This document shows, one piece after another, positions 1 through 7,959 of a DNA stretch of 57,042 nt. The notes beneath the pieces were generated by a model. It had not been told where the DNA came from, made no database searches, and worked only from the letters and a program-made list of their open reading frames with translations. The position numbers were made by a program, and so were the translations under genes. Origin of the DNA: Parcubacteria group bacterium LiPW_30. Lineage in GTDB: Bacteria; Patescibacteriota; Minisyncoccia; Phycocordibacterales; VMEP01. Every line of letters starts with the position of its first letter. The stretch's first letter is position 1. The stretch covers positions 623,089 through 680,130 of the forward strand of contig VMEP01000001.1 of assembly GCA_007375595.1 (NCBI GenBank), written 5' to 3'.

Positions 1-1312
1 GCACGTCACGAACTTCAAGGCCGGCTCTTTCGCGAGTAAGACCTCCTGGTCCAAGCGCTGAAAGTCTTCGCAAGTGTTCTATTTCATCCAAAACGTTACC
101 CTGGCTCATAAACTGAGAAAGTTGGTTTGTGGTGAAAAATTCTTTTATGCGAGCCTGAAGTGGACGCTGGTTAACTATCTGAATTGGGAGAGTTGTCTCA
201 GCATCAATAGTAGACATTCTGTCTTGGATATTTCTCTTCATTTGAGCCATACCAACACGAATCTTTGCTTGAAGCATTTCTCCAACATATCGAACACGTC
301 TTAATCCTAAGTGATCAATATCATCAGCTTGAGATCCTGGAGTGTTATTTAAATTAGTGATGTGCTCAACAATAAGAACAACGTCTTCAAGTGAAAGAGT
401 ACGGCGAGCAAGCGCAACTTCTTTCATATCCAAATCAAATCTCTGATTAAAACGGAAACGTCCAACAGGAGAAAGATCATATCGCTCTTCGCTAAAAATT
501 GAGGTAATAAATTCGCGAGCATTATCAGCTGTTGCAAGATCACCATCACGAAGACGCTTATAAATTTCTATATATGAATCATCAAGGGTTTTAGCTGGAT
601 CCTTTTCAAGAAGAGCTGTAACCATTTCCTGCATCTCCTTGCTAAACTTATTTATGATTTCTTTATCGCTCTTTGTTCCAAAAACACGTAGTAGTGACGC
701 AACCGGGAATTTCCTCTTTCTGTCGATACGGACAAAGATACCTTCAGCGTCAGATTCTATTTCAATCCAAACACCACGTGATGGGATTATTTTTGCACCA
801 AAAAAACGCTTGCCTTTAATATCTTGGTCGTTAAAGAAAACGCCGAAGCTTCTAGCAAGCTGAGGGACAATAACACGTTCGACACCGTTAATGATGAAGG
901 TGCCATGAGAAGTCATAAGAGGAAAATCTGCCATGAAGATTTCCTGCTCTTTAACAGTGTTAAAAGTCTTATTCTTTAGTTTGATTGTTGCACGAAGAGG
1001 AGCTTCGTAAGAAAGCTTGTTTGCCTTAGCAAAATATTCATTATGCTTTGGTTCACTTAAGAAAAAAGAAGTGAACTCAAGATCAAATTTTTTATCAGAA
1101 TAATCTTTTATTGGAGAGAATTCCTTAAATATTTCTTTTAGACCTTTTTCTAAAAGCCATTTATATGATGCGACCTGATTTTCAATCAAGTCTGGCATTT
1201 CAGCCAATGGTTTTTTCCATGCGGAAAAATGTTTCTGTTCACGGCCGGCACCACTCAATCTTCCCGAAGACCTAGGAAGAATTGCCTCCTCCACACGCAA
1301 TTGTTTTGCCAT
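1..1312 (-). CDS. rpoB: DNA-directed RNA polymerase subunit beta, 5' part (runs off the left edge; absent from the ORF track)
   Basis: Manual translation from ATG at 1312: MAKQLRVEEAILPRSSG...LAEMPDLIENQVASYKWLLEKGL...; the left edge reads GNVLDEIEHLRRLSALGPGGLTRERAGLEVRDV, a hallmark RpoB motif. Confidence 0.97.
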   Translation of the reverse strand, partial: MAKQLRVEEAILPRSSGRLSGAGREQKHFSAWKKPLAEMPDLIENQVASYKWLLEKGLKEIFKEFSPIKDYSDKKFDLEFTSFFLSEPKHNEYFAKANKLSYEAPLRATIKLKNKTFNTVKEQEIFMADFPLMTSHGTFIINGVERVIVPQLARSFGVFFNDQDIKGKRFFGAKIIPSRGVWIEIESDAEGIFVRIDRKRKFPVASLLRVFGTKSDKEIINKFSKEMQEMVTALLEKDPAKTLDDSYIEIYKRLRDGDLATADNAREFITSIFSEERYDLSPVGRFRFNQRFDLDMKEVALARRTLSLEDVVLIVEHITNLNNTPGSQADDIDHLGLRRVRYVGEMLQAKIRVGMAQMKRNIQDRMSTIDAETTLPIQIVNQRPLQARIKEFFTTNQLSQFMSQGNVLDEIEHLRRLSALGPGGLTRERAGLEVRDV

Positions 1313-1577
1313 ATTATTTTTTATCTCGTAAAGCGACCAACACTCTCATTACAGCATTGGTCCCTCTGCGAAACGGTTACGCAAAAAGAAAAGACTAAAC
1401 CAATTATGCGTTAAGCAGAATTGGTCGCCCGTTTCGTTAACAACGAAATTAGGGAAGCAAGGAAAATCCCGCCCCTTTTCTAGGACACCTGATAATTTTC
1501 TTCAATTTTCATCGAGAAGAGATTCCCGAATCTTCGCACTCCCAGGGGCGTAACTCAATCAAAAACTGGTTAAAGAC

Positions 1578-1605
1578 AGTATACCTGAAGGAAAAACACT
1601 GTCAA
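1578..1605 (-). promoter_or_regulatory. sigma70-type promoter upstream of rpoB
   Basis: Minus strand TTGACA (1605-1600), 16-nt spacer, TATACT (1583-1578); implies a leader of about 260 nt. Confidence 0.7.
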
Positions 1606-1645
1606 ACTTTTCTAATTTACAAAGAGCCACCGCCTTTTAGGGGTT

Positions 1646-2278
1646 TTATTCCCCTTTCTTCCATTTCTCAATATTAGCTTGATGACCTGAAAGCAAGACT
1701 TTTGGTACTTTATAATTTTTTCCTTTATATTTTAAAATTTCCGGACGAGTATAAACTTCACTTGATGAAATTCTATTCTCTTCAACAGAATCAAAAGTGT
1801 TGAGCACTCCTTTAATCTGACGAGAGACAGTATCTATCAAAACCATTGATGGCAATTCTCCGCCAGTAAGCACGTAGTCCCCAATTGAAACTTCCTCTGC
1901 TTTTAAAATTTTTTTCACTCGTCCGTCAATTCCTTCATATCGTCCTGATACTAAAATTATTTCTTTATTTTTTTTCAAAAGATTTCTAGCGTATTCATTG
2001 GTCAATTTTTTACCAGCTGGCGAAAAAATAATCACCTTTGTTTTTTTCTTTCCACGAGCCTTGCCTATGGCAGTCAAAATAGGTTGTGCTTCCATGACCA
2101 TCCCAGGACCACCACCATATGGTCGCCCGTCTACTCTCCCCCATTTGTTCTCTGTGTAATCGCGAGGGTTATAAAACTTAACCGAGATTTTTTTATCCGT
2201 TATAGCGCGCCCAATAATCGACTCTTTTAAATACGAGTCGAACATGCTTGGGAAAAGTGTTATTACTTGAAATTTCAT
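1646..2278 (-). CDS. trmD: tRNA (guanine-N1)-methyltransferase
   Basis: DGRPYGGGPGMVM, LVSGRYEGID and SIGDYVLTGGELP motifs; located downstream of rpsP-khpA. Confidence 0.97.
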   Translation of the reverse strand: MKFQVITLFPSMFDSYLKESIIGRAITDKKISVKFYNPRDYTENKWGRVDGRPYGGGPGMVMEAQPILTAIGKARGKKKTKVIIFSPAGKKLTNEYARNLLKKNKEIILVSGRYEGIDGRVKKILKAEEVSIGDYVLTGGELPSMVLIDTVSRQIKGVLNTFDSVEENRISSSEVYTRPEILKYKGKNYKVPKVLLSGHQANIEKWKKGE

Positions 2279-2309
2279 ATGCTTGTTCTATCACGATAGC
2301 ATAAAAGAA

Positions 2310-2335
2310 AAAAGCCCTGCGTTCACAGGACTTTT
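2310..2335 (-). terminator. intrinsic terminator after the 107-aa ORF
   Basis: Minus strand aaaagtcctg-tgaacg-cagggctttt followed by a T-rich run. Confidence 0.6.
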
Positions 2336-2344
2336 CGATTCTGG

Positions 2345-2665
2345 TCAGCGGCAACCACGCAGTGGTAGGTGTCGACTAACTGGATGCCCTTTCAGCTCTT
2401 CGTTTATTGCCTCATGGTAACAGCTGGAACACGCAGGCTTCCCGTCCACGGTATAAATTGCGACAGGTCTGCCTTTGCTGTCATGACCATATGGCGCGTT
2501 GTTTTTGCAACCAGGTGTTGCGGTACACGGTATCGACATGGTGTTCTCCTTCCGCTGTGCAAAAAGCTTGGCTTCCTCATCTTCCTCGGTACCTCTTGAT
2601 GGAATGTCATCTTTACATCCAGAGGTTGCTTCGTAAATGTCGGACATCACATTTCTCTTAACCAT
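2345..2665 (-). CDS. small Cys-rich hypothetical protein (possible Zn-binding)
   Basis: AGGAG at 2677-2673, 7 nt before ATG 2665 (the track uses GTG 2668); CTATPGC and CSSC motifs; own terminator. Confidence 0.65.
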   Translation of the reverse strand: MVKRNVMSDIYEATSGCKDDIPSRGTEEDEEAKLFAQRKENTMSIPCTATPGCKNNAPYGHDSKGRPVAIYTVDGKPACSSCYHEAINEELKGHPVSRHLPLRGCR

Positions 2666-2708
2666 CACGCCTCTCCTTTTTGTTGTTGATCTAAACTAAT
2701 AACATCAT

Positions 2709-2747
2709 AAACAAAAACCGCCCTATATCAAGTGGCGGTTTTTGTTT
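2709..2747 (-). terminator. khpA terminator hairpin overlapping a probable promoter for the next gene
   Basis: 14-bp inverted repeat aaacaaaaaccgcc/ggcggtttttgttt; minus strand TTGATA-N16-TATGAT with the -35 in the loop. Confidence 0.65.
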
Positions 2748-2813
2748 CTTCTTAATTTTCTTAACCCCGTATTCACCTAACGAAGCTAATGAAACTATAA
2801 GCTAATCAGCTAA

Positions 2814-3143
2814 CTAGAGGTCTTTAATATCTTCCATTACCGACTCAACGGTACTCAATGTTACCCCACTGTCGTATGGTCTTGGCGCTCCGCCTGCGGG
2901 TTCGTTTATCTTCAAATTAACGCGCGCATTATTTTTCATTCCAACAACACGAAGAAGTGTTCTTATCGCCTTTGCGGTATTTCCTTTGCGACCGATAATT
3001 TTACCCATATCTGCTGGATTCAAATCAAGAGTCAAAAGCACACCCATCTGATCAATAACTCTTCCTATCTTCACATCATCTGGAAAATCAACCAACGCCT
3101 TCACAACATATTCTAAAAATTCCTTGTCTTTCTCCATATTCAT
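2814..3143 (-). CDS. khpA: KH-domain RNA-binding protein KhpA
   Basis: DMGKIIGRKGNTAKAIR (GxxG loop); canonical position after rpsP. Confidence 0.92.
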   Translation of the reverse strand: MNMEKDKEFLEYVVKALVDFPDDVKIGRVIDQMGVLLTLDLNPADMGKIIGRKGNTAKAIRTLLRVVGMKNNARVNLKINEPAGGAPRPYDSGVTLSTVESVMEDIKDL

Positions 3144-3240
3144 TTCAGTAAATTATTTTTAAAAAGTAGTTCAATCAAAATGCACTACTAAATCAATTGT
3201 AAAACTTAGATTGTCTTGGGTCAATGATTCTTTCTTTTTT

Positions 3241-3356
3241 ACTTTTTCTCCTGAAAAACACGATAAAATTCTGCTGAATTTTTCTCTACTCGCGCCGTCG
3301 CGCTCCGCCCGCCTGCGCGTACACGCTGGCAGGTAAGGTTTTTCAAAAGAAAAAGT
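3241..3356. repeat. TGCT-loop structured repeat, copy D, with a nested cctgc..gcagg palindrome
   Basis: Arms 3241-3259 and 3338-3356 (17/19 inverted); core aaaattc-tgct-gaatttt...ctactcgcgccgtcgcgctccg shared with copies at 4873, 35173 and 38599. Confidence 0.8.
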
Positions 3357-3441
3357 TTGGGCTTTCAGGAAAACGCAACAAAATATAAATACTCAATGTT
3401 TTTTAGAGAGCCGAAATGCGAATTACGCAACAAATCAAAAT

Positions 3442-3479
3442 AAAAAAACCCTGCATCTCTGTATAAGCAGATGCAGGGT
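3442..3479 (-). terminator. hairpin plus T-tract downstream of the putative DGR-target gene 1
   Basis: 11-bp stem accctgcatct/agatgcagggt (3448-3458, 3469-3479) followed by T7 on the minus strand. Confidence 0.75.
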
Positions 3480-3514
3480 CCGTTCAAAAGACCCGAGTGA
3501 CTGAGTCCCGAGTA

Positions 3515-4114
3515 CTACTTGCCGGAAACAGGGACACCGGAAAGAAACCAGCCATCGTGCCAGACGCAGTCGTCGCGGTCGCAGAGCACGCTCCGCTTGC
3601 TGAACCAGCGGCTGAACGCCAGGCAGCAATTGTTGCCCCACTGTGTGCCGTTCGGATGCTCGTCGGCAAAGGCCGGGTCGGCTTCGTTCACGGCAGCTTG
3701 GGCGCGCGGGTCCGACACGAGGCCGTATTGCGCGAGAAACGCTGGGACCTCTTTCGCCGGCACGAAGCGCCTGGTCGGGATGAAATACACGTCAACTTCG
3801 TCACCTTCACCTTGCGGCATTGAGGCAACTGTGTCGTCGCTCAAGTACTTGTTGCGGCCCGTGGCGTTGATCGCTTCCATCGGCGTGCGAGTGCGGTCGA
3901 CGCGGACGCGACGGACGATGATGTCGTTCTGCGCTTCGACGTGCTTGCGGAAAACCGCGACCATCTCATCGAAAGCCATATTCCCTGGCATCTTGAGAAC
4001 GTTCTGCACTGCTTCGAGCGGAAGGCCGGACTCGCGAAGTTTCGTCGCGAGTCGGTCATTAATCTGGCCGATTTGGCCGCCAGTGATGGACTGGGTCCTG
4101 ACAGATGTTGTCAT
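3515..4114 (-). CDS. hypothetical protein with a DGR variable-region-like (CLec-type) C-terminus, target candidate 1
   Basis: AAGGA 7 nt before ATG 4114 (MTTSVRTQ); C-terminus CCLAFSRWFSKRSVLCDRDDCVWHDGWFLSGV is encoded largely by NNC codons; GC-richer than its neighbours. Confidence 0.7.
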   Translation of the reverse strand: MTTSVRTQSITGGQIGQINDRLATKLRESGLPLEAVQNVLKMPGNMAFDEMVAVFRKHVEAQNDIIVRRVRVDRTRTPMEAINATGRNKYLSDDTVASMPQGEGDEVDVYFIPTRRFVPAKEVPAFLAQYGLVSDPRAQAAVNEADPAFADEHPNGTQWGNNCCLAFSRWFSKRSVLCDRDDCVWHDGWFLSGVPVSGK

Positions 4115-4210
4115 TGCGTTATCCTTTTCCGTTGCGCTGTACGACTCGACCCGAACGGGTTTCGCCACAGCAGAGAAGGGCCTATATGCTATAAGCCATT
4201 TTCTGCTATG
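4115..4210 (-). promoter_or_regulatory. conserved structured 5' leader, copy 1
   Basis: Plus strand cgctgtacgactcgacccgaacgggtttcgccacagcagagaa (4135-4177) aligns with 14838-14882. Confidence 0.65.
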
Positions 4211-4298
4211 ACGAACACATGCTAAAAATTAAAGAACTATCCTAGTATAAAAACATATGTTTGTAGTAAAGTCAATAATACGTAATATTAAAAATAAC

Positions 4299-4331
4299 AA
4301 AAAAGCTGTCCTTTTTAGGACAGCTTTTTTT
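4299..4331. terminator. rpsP terminator (bidirectional shape)
   Basis: aaaaagctgtcct-tttt-aggacagcttttt perfect inverted repeat. Confidence 0.8.
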
Positions 4332-4348
4332 AGATAGAAAATTTAAAA

Positions 4349-4822
4349 TTATGCAGCTGGTGCTTCTTCTACAGGAGCTTCAGCAACTGCCTCAGCTGGA
4401 GTTTCTGCTACCACCTCAACTGGTGCTTCAGCCGGAGCCTCTTCTACTACCGGTACTTCAGCAGGGATTTCTTCAGGAGCAGGAGTTGCAACTGGTGCTG
4501 GTGCAGGTGTTGCAGGAGCTTCTACTTTAGCTGGTTCATCTTTTTTAATAGGGCTCTTTTTAGGCAAAACGTTTATTTTCTTCCCAGCAATAATTTTTTT
4601 CTCAACTAGGAAATTATGCATTGTGTCTGAAGGCAAAGCTCCGTGTGACATCCAGTGTAAAACACGGTCAGCCTTAATAACGAAGTTCCCGAGCTTAGGT
4701 TCATAAGAACCGATGACCTCAACGAAGTTACCCGTCTTTGGGCTTTCGCGGTGATCAACAACAACCACGCGGAAGTGCGGGCTGTTCTTTCGTCCTATTC
4801 TTTGTAACCTAATTTTTAACAT
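4349..4822 (-). CDS. rpsP: 30S ribosomal protein S16 with an Ala/Pro/Glu-rich C-terminal tail
   Basis: MLKIRLQRIGRKNSPHFRVVVVDHR...EVIGSYEP; the true start is ATG 4822, not GTG 4876. Confidence 0.96.
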   Translation of the reverse strand: MLKIRLQRIGRKNSPHFRVVVVDHRESPKTGNFVEVIGSYEPKLGNFVIKADRVLHWMSHGALPSDTMHNFLVEKKIIAGKKINVLPKKSPIKKDEPAKVEAPATPAPAPVATPAPEEIPAEVPVVEEAPAEAPVEVVAETPAEAVAEAPVEEAPAA

Positions 4823-4872
4823 GCAGGCAATACTAATAGAAATGGCCCGATAGGTCAAGTTTATGTCTCTGT

Positions 4873-4964
4873 GCACACACCACTAAAATACACGCGTAAA
4901 ATTCTGCTGAATTTTCGCTCTGCTCGCCTCGCCAGTCTGCGCAAGGTATTTTAGTGGTGTGTGC
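4873..4964. repeat. TGCT-loop structured repeat, copy A
   Basis: Perfect 19-bp inverted arms gcacacaccactaaaatac (4873-4891) / gtattttagtggtgtgtgc (4946-4964) around a 54-nt core with aaaattc-tgct-gaatttt. Confidence 0.85.
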
Positions 4965-4981
4965 GGAAAAATAAAATGCAT

Positions 4982-5146
4982 AAAACGCGCATAAAACTTT
5001 GCTAAGTTTTTGCTATGCTCGTGTCACGCATAATTTCTTGCTAGAAATTTGCGCGACCCCGACTCGGCTCGTCAGCCTCCGTCTCTCAATTGCTTCACTT
5101 ATCGCAATTGAGCGTCGCACTGCGCAATGTTTTTAAAAACAAAAGC
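4982..5146. repeat. TGCT-loop structured repeat, compound copy E
   Basis: aaaac-gcgcat-aaaactt-tgct-aagtttt-tgctatgctcg ... ctgcgcaat-gtttttaaaaacaaaagc, containing a second aatttct-tgct-agaaatt hairpin and ctcaattgc..gcaattgag. Confidence 0.7.
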
Positions 5147-5252
5147 AGGGACTAGATAAAGACAAGAATATCCTATCCAAGAGCACCCCGGTAGAGGCTC
5201 TAATCACCCAATCTAACCAATTTTAGCCACTTTTGTGTTATTATTTGAACCC

Positions 5253-7238
5253 ATGAAAAAGCATACTGATAAACATCATAAAGTGGAGCATAAAAAGGCT
5301 CCTATAAAAGAACACGCCCAAAAGCACCACGAACACACTGTGGAGGGCACTATCACCGTCAGTTTCAAGGGTATTGGTTTTGTTCGTATTGAAGGAGAAG
5401 AGGAATCAATAGAAGTCTCTGCTAATTCACTAAATACTGCGCTTCATGGTGACCGAGTTAAGGTTTCTGTTCACGGCAAAGGACGCAACGGGCAACCACA
5501 AGGTGAAGTTACTGAAATCCTACTTCGGGCAAGATCTGGCTTTGCTGGCACCATAGAAAAAGACCGTGATGTCTATTACCTTATTCCACAAGACCAACGT
5601 GTTTACGTTGACCTTGTTATTCCAAAAGATGATTTAGGGGAAGCAAAAGAGGGAGACAAGGTTTTTGTCGCATTCATTGAGTGGACCGATCCAAAGAAAA
5701 ATCCTATTGGTAAGGTTCTCCGTGTTTTGGGTAAGCCAGGAGAACACGATGCAGAAATGGTTGCTATTGTTTTGGAATCTGGTTTTGATACTGGCTTTCC
5801 AAAAGAAGTTGAGAACGAATCAAAAAAACTTGAAGAAAAAGGTATCACTGAAGATGATTTAAAGGGTCGTCGTGATTTTCGTAACACCACAACATTCACA
5901 ATTGACCCAGAAGATGCCAAAGACTTTGACGACGCTATATCAATTCAAGATTTAGGCGGTGGTGTTTATGAAATCGGTGTACACATCGCCGATGTCTCTC
6001 ATTATGTTCGCCCGGGAACAGAGATTGATAAAGAAGCAATGAAGCGCACGACTTCTATATATCTCGTCGACCGCACAATTCCAATGCTTCCCGAAGGGCT
6101 TTCCAATGGATTATGTAGTTTAAACGCAAACGAAGACAAACTAACCTTTAGTGCTGTTTTTAAAATTGATATGCAGGGGAAAATATCTGACCATTGGTTT
6201 GGTCGCTCTGTTATAAAATCAAACAAACGCTTCACCTACGAAAATGCCCAGGAAACTATCGACAGCGGCTCCGGCGAGTACTACGAAGAACTCGTAATCC
6301 TAAACAAGATTGCTAAAAAACTAAAACAAAAACGTTTTGACGAAGGGGCTATTTCTCTTGAACAAGAAGAAGTGCGATTTAAACTAGACGAAACAGGACG
6401 CCCTGTATCTATTTACAAAAAAGTTCGTGGTGATACCCACAAGCTCGTTGAGGAATTTATGCTACTCGCTAACCGCGAAGTTGCCTCGTTTGTCGCCAAA
6501 AAACACGAGAACGAAGAAGGTGTTTTTGTTTATCGCATTCACGACGAACCAAACACAGAGCGTATTCAAAACCTCGCAATATTCGTTAAGAGCTTAGGTT
6601 ATGACCTAAAAATGACCGACGGAAAAACAACCTCAAGAGACATAAACAATCTTCTAGAAAAACTCGAGGGCACAAGCGTAAAAGACATGATTCAAACCGC
6701 TGTTGTCCGCTCAATGGCAAAAGCAATTTATACAACTCAAAACATTGGCCACTTTGGTTTGGGTTTTGAATTCTATACACACTTCACCTCTCCTATCCGT
6801 CGTTATCCAGACACGATGGTTCACAGACTTTTAGCGCGATATTTAAATAACGAAAAAATAGACGCGAAGGAATGGAAGTTTTACGAAAGAATGTCTACCT
6901 TTTCATCACAACGAGAAAAAGAAGCTTCTGACGCTGAGCGTGGCTCAATCAAATACAAACAAGTGGAATATATGTCGGAACGCATTGGACAAGTTTTTGA
7001 CGGCGTAATTTCTGGGGTTACTGAGTGGGGTTTCTATGTTGAGGAAAAAGAGACGAAGTGTGAAGGTATGGTTCCTTTACGAACATTAAACGATGACTTC
7101 TATAATTTTGAAGAAAAACGCTACCGCTTGGTTGGCGAAAAAACGAAAAAAATATACTCTCTCGGAGATAAAATAAAATTCAAGGTTGAAAAAACAGACC
7201 TTGGAAGAAAAACTATTGATTACTCTTTGGTAAATTAG
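5253..7238 (+). CDS. rnr: ribonuclease R
   Basis: CSD domains, RNB domain (TFTIDPEDAKDFDDA, HFTSPIRRYPD) and a C-terminal S1 domain; ATG 5253 preferred over the track start 5235. Confidence 0.96.
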   Translation: MKKHTDKHHKVEHKKAPIKEHAQKHHEHTVEGTITVSFKGIGFVRIEGEEESIEVSANSLNTALHGDRVKVSVHGKGRNGQPQGEVTEILLRARSGFAGTIEKDRDVYYLIPQDQRVYVDLVIPKDDLGEAKEGDKVFVAFIEWTDPKKNPIGKVLRVLGKPGEHDAEMVAIVLESGFDTGFPKEVENESKKLEEKGITEDDLKGRRDFRNTTTFTIDPEDAKDFDDAISIQDLGGGVYEIGVHIADVSHYVRPGTEIDKEAMKRTTSIYLVDRTIPMLPEGLSNGLCSLNANEDKLTFSAVFKIDMQGKISDHWFGRSVIKSNKRFTYENAQETIDSGSGEYYEELVILNKIAKKLKQKRFDEGAISLEQEEVRFKLDETGRPVSIYKKVRGDTHKLVEEFMLLANREVASFVAKKHENEEGVFVYRIHDEPNTERIQNLAIFVKSLGYDLKMTDGKTTSRDINNLLEKLEGTSVKDMIQTAVVRSMAKAIYTTQNIGHFGLGFEFYTHFTSPIRRYPDTMVHRLLARYLNNEKIDAKEWKFYERMSTFSSQREKEASDAERGSIKYKQVEYMSERIGQVFDGVISGVTEWGFYVEEKETKCEGMVPLRTLNDDFYNFEEKRYRLVGEKTKKIYSLGDKIKFKVEKTDLGRKTIDYSLVN

Positions 7239-7300
7239 ATTTGCCTAAAATAATTAAGTTGAGTTATATTAAAATCTGTTGTTTTTAGGAGAAAGCTAGT

Positions 7301-7525
7301 ATGGATGTTATCGCACCTTCGGGAGATGGATTTTGCCCAGCATGTCACGGGGACGCCATTTATTTCAAACAACTCAACGAAGAAAGGACGGATAAAGATA
7401 TTAAAATAACTCGTCTTTATCACTGTGTTTGTGGTTATAGAGCGAAAGTTGTAACCAATGGCCGAAACATACTCTCTTGCAAGAACCCATCTCCGCAAGA
7501 AGTAGAATCTCTACACGCTTTGTAA
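7301..7525 (+). CDS. small Zn-ribbon-like protein
   Basis: AGGAG at 7287-7291; CPAC...HCVC motifs; converges on the 7542-7565 hairpin. Confidence 0.65.
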   Translation: MDVIAPSGDGFCPACHGDAIYFKQLNEERTDKDIKITRLYHCVCGYRAKVVTNGRNILSCKNPSPQEVESLHAL

Positions 7526-7541
7526 AAAAGTGTCAAACAAA

Positions 7542-7565
7542 AAAACCCGCCAGCTGGCGGGTTTT
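7542..7565. terminator. bidirectional terminator/palindrome between convergent small genes
   Basis: Perfect 24-bp palindrome aaaacccgccagctggcgggtttt. Confidence 0.75.
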
Positions 7566-7585
7566 ATTATTTATGCCACGAATGG

Positions 7586-7876
7586 CTAAATTGTGAACGG
7601 AGTATTCATCATTTCTATGAATTCTTTTTCTCCGACCTTAGGAACATCATCTCCCGCGTGAAGATACTGTCTACCACACTTACGACAAGCCGCAGTGCGA
7701 TAAAGGAATGCCCCGTTAAACCAGCCGGAAACTTCGCGCACAACATCCCCACCGCAATTTTCCGCCTTGCACTTATTGCCAGGTAGTGGAATATTTTCTT
7801 CCTGGAATACCTTCATGGCCTTAAAAAACCTGGCCAAGTTTTCCTCAGACAGCTCAGGAAAATTTCTATTGCTCAT
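7586..7876 (-). CDS. small Zn-ribbon-like protein
   Basis: GGAGG at 7889-7885; CKAENC...CRKC motifs; upstream TTGACT-N17-TATCTT (7942-7914). Confidence 0.7.
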   Translation of the reverse strand: MSNRNFPELSEENLARFFKAMKVFQEENIPLPGNKCKAENCGGDVVREVSGWFNGAFLYRTAACRKCGRQYLHAGDDVPKVGEKEFIEMMNTPFTI

Positions 7877-7959
7877 GATTCGTCCCTCCAGTTATCAAGC
7901 CAAACCTGTCTTTAAGATATATACGCTAAACAAGCAAGTCAACCTTATCTAAATGATCA

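Noticed and set aside
1230-1312. RpoB N-terminal extension (PRSSGRLSGAG) as a coding palindromic insertion
   Set aside because: Only a 5-bp stem (tcttc/gaaga) and no second copy in the window.
4135-4177. Hammerhead-like GAAAC-stem-GUC in leader copy 1
   Set aside because: No CUGANGA core, and copy 2 has GGC at the cleavage triplet.
3435-4225. Several long overlapping antisense ORFs (also 10593-11103, 13618-14169, 14197-14751, 48775-50469)
   Set aside because: They are shadow frames of GC-rich or Thr-rich genes, with no SD, no motifs and non-protein-like composition.
7235-7498. 87-aa minus-strand ORF behind a TTGACA at about 7531
   Set aside because: The -10 is poor, there is no SD, and it overlaps the better-supported 7301-7525 gene.
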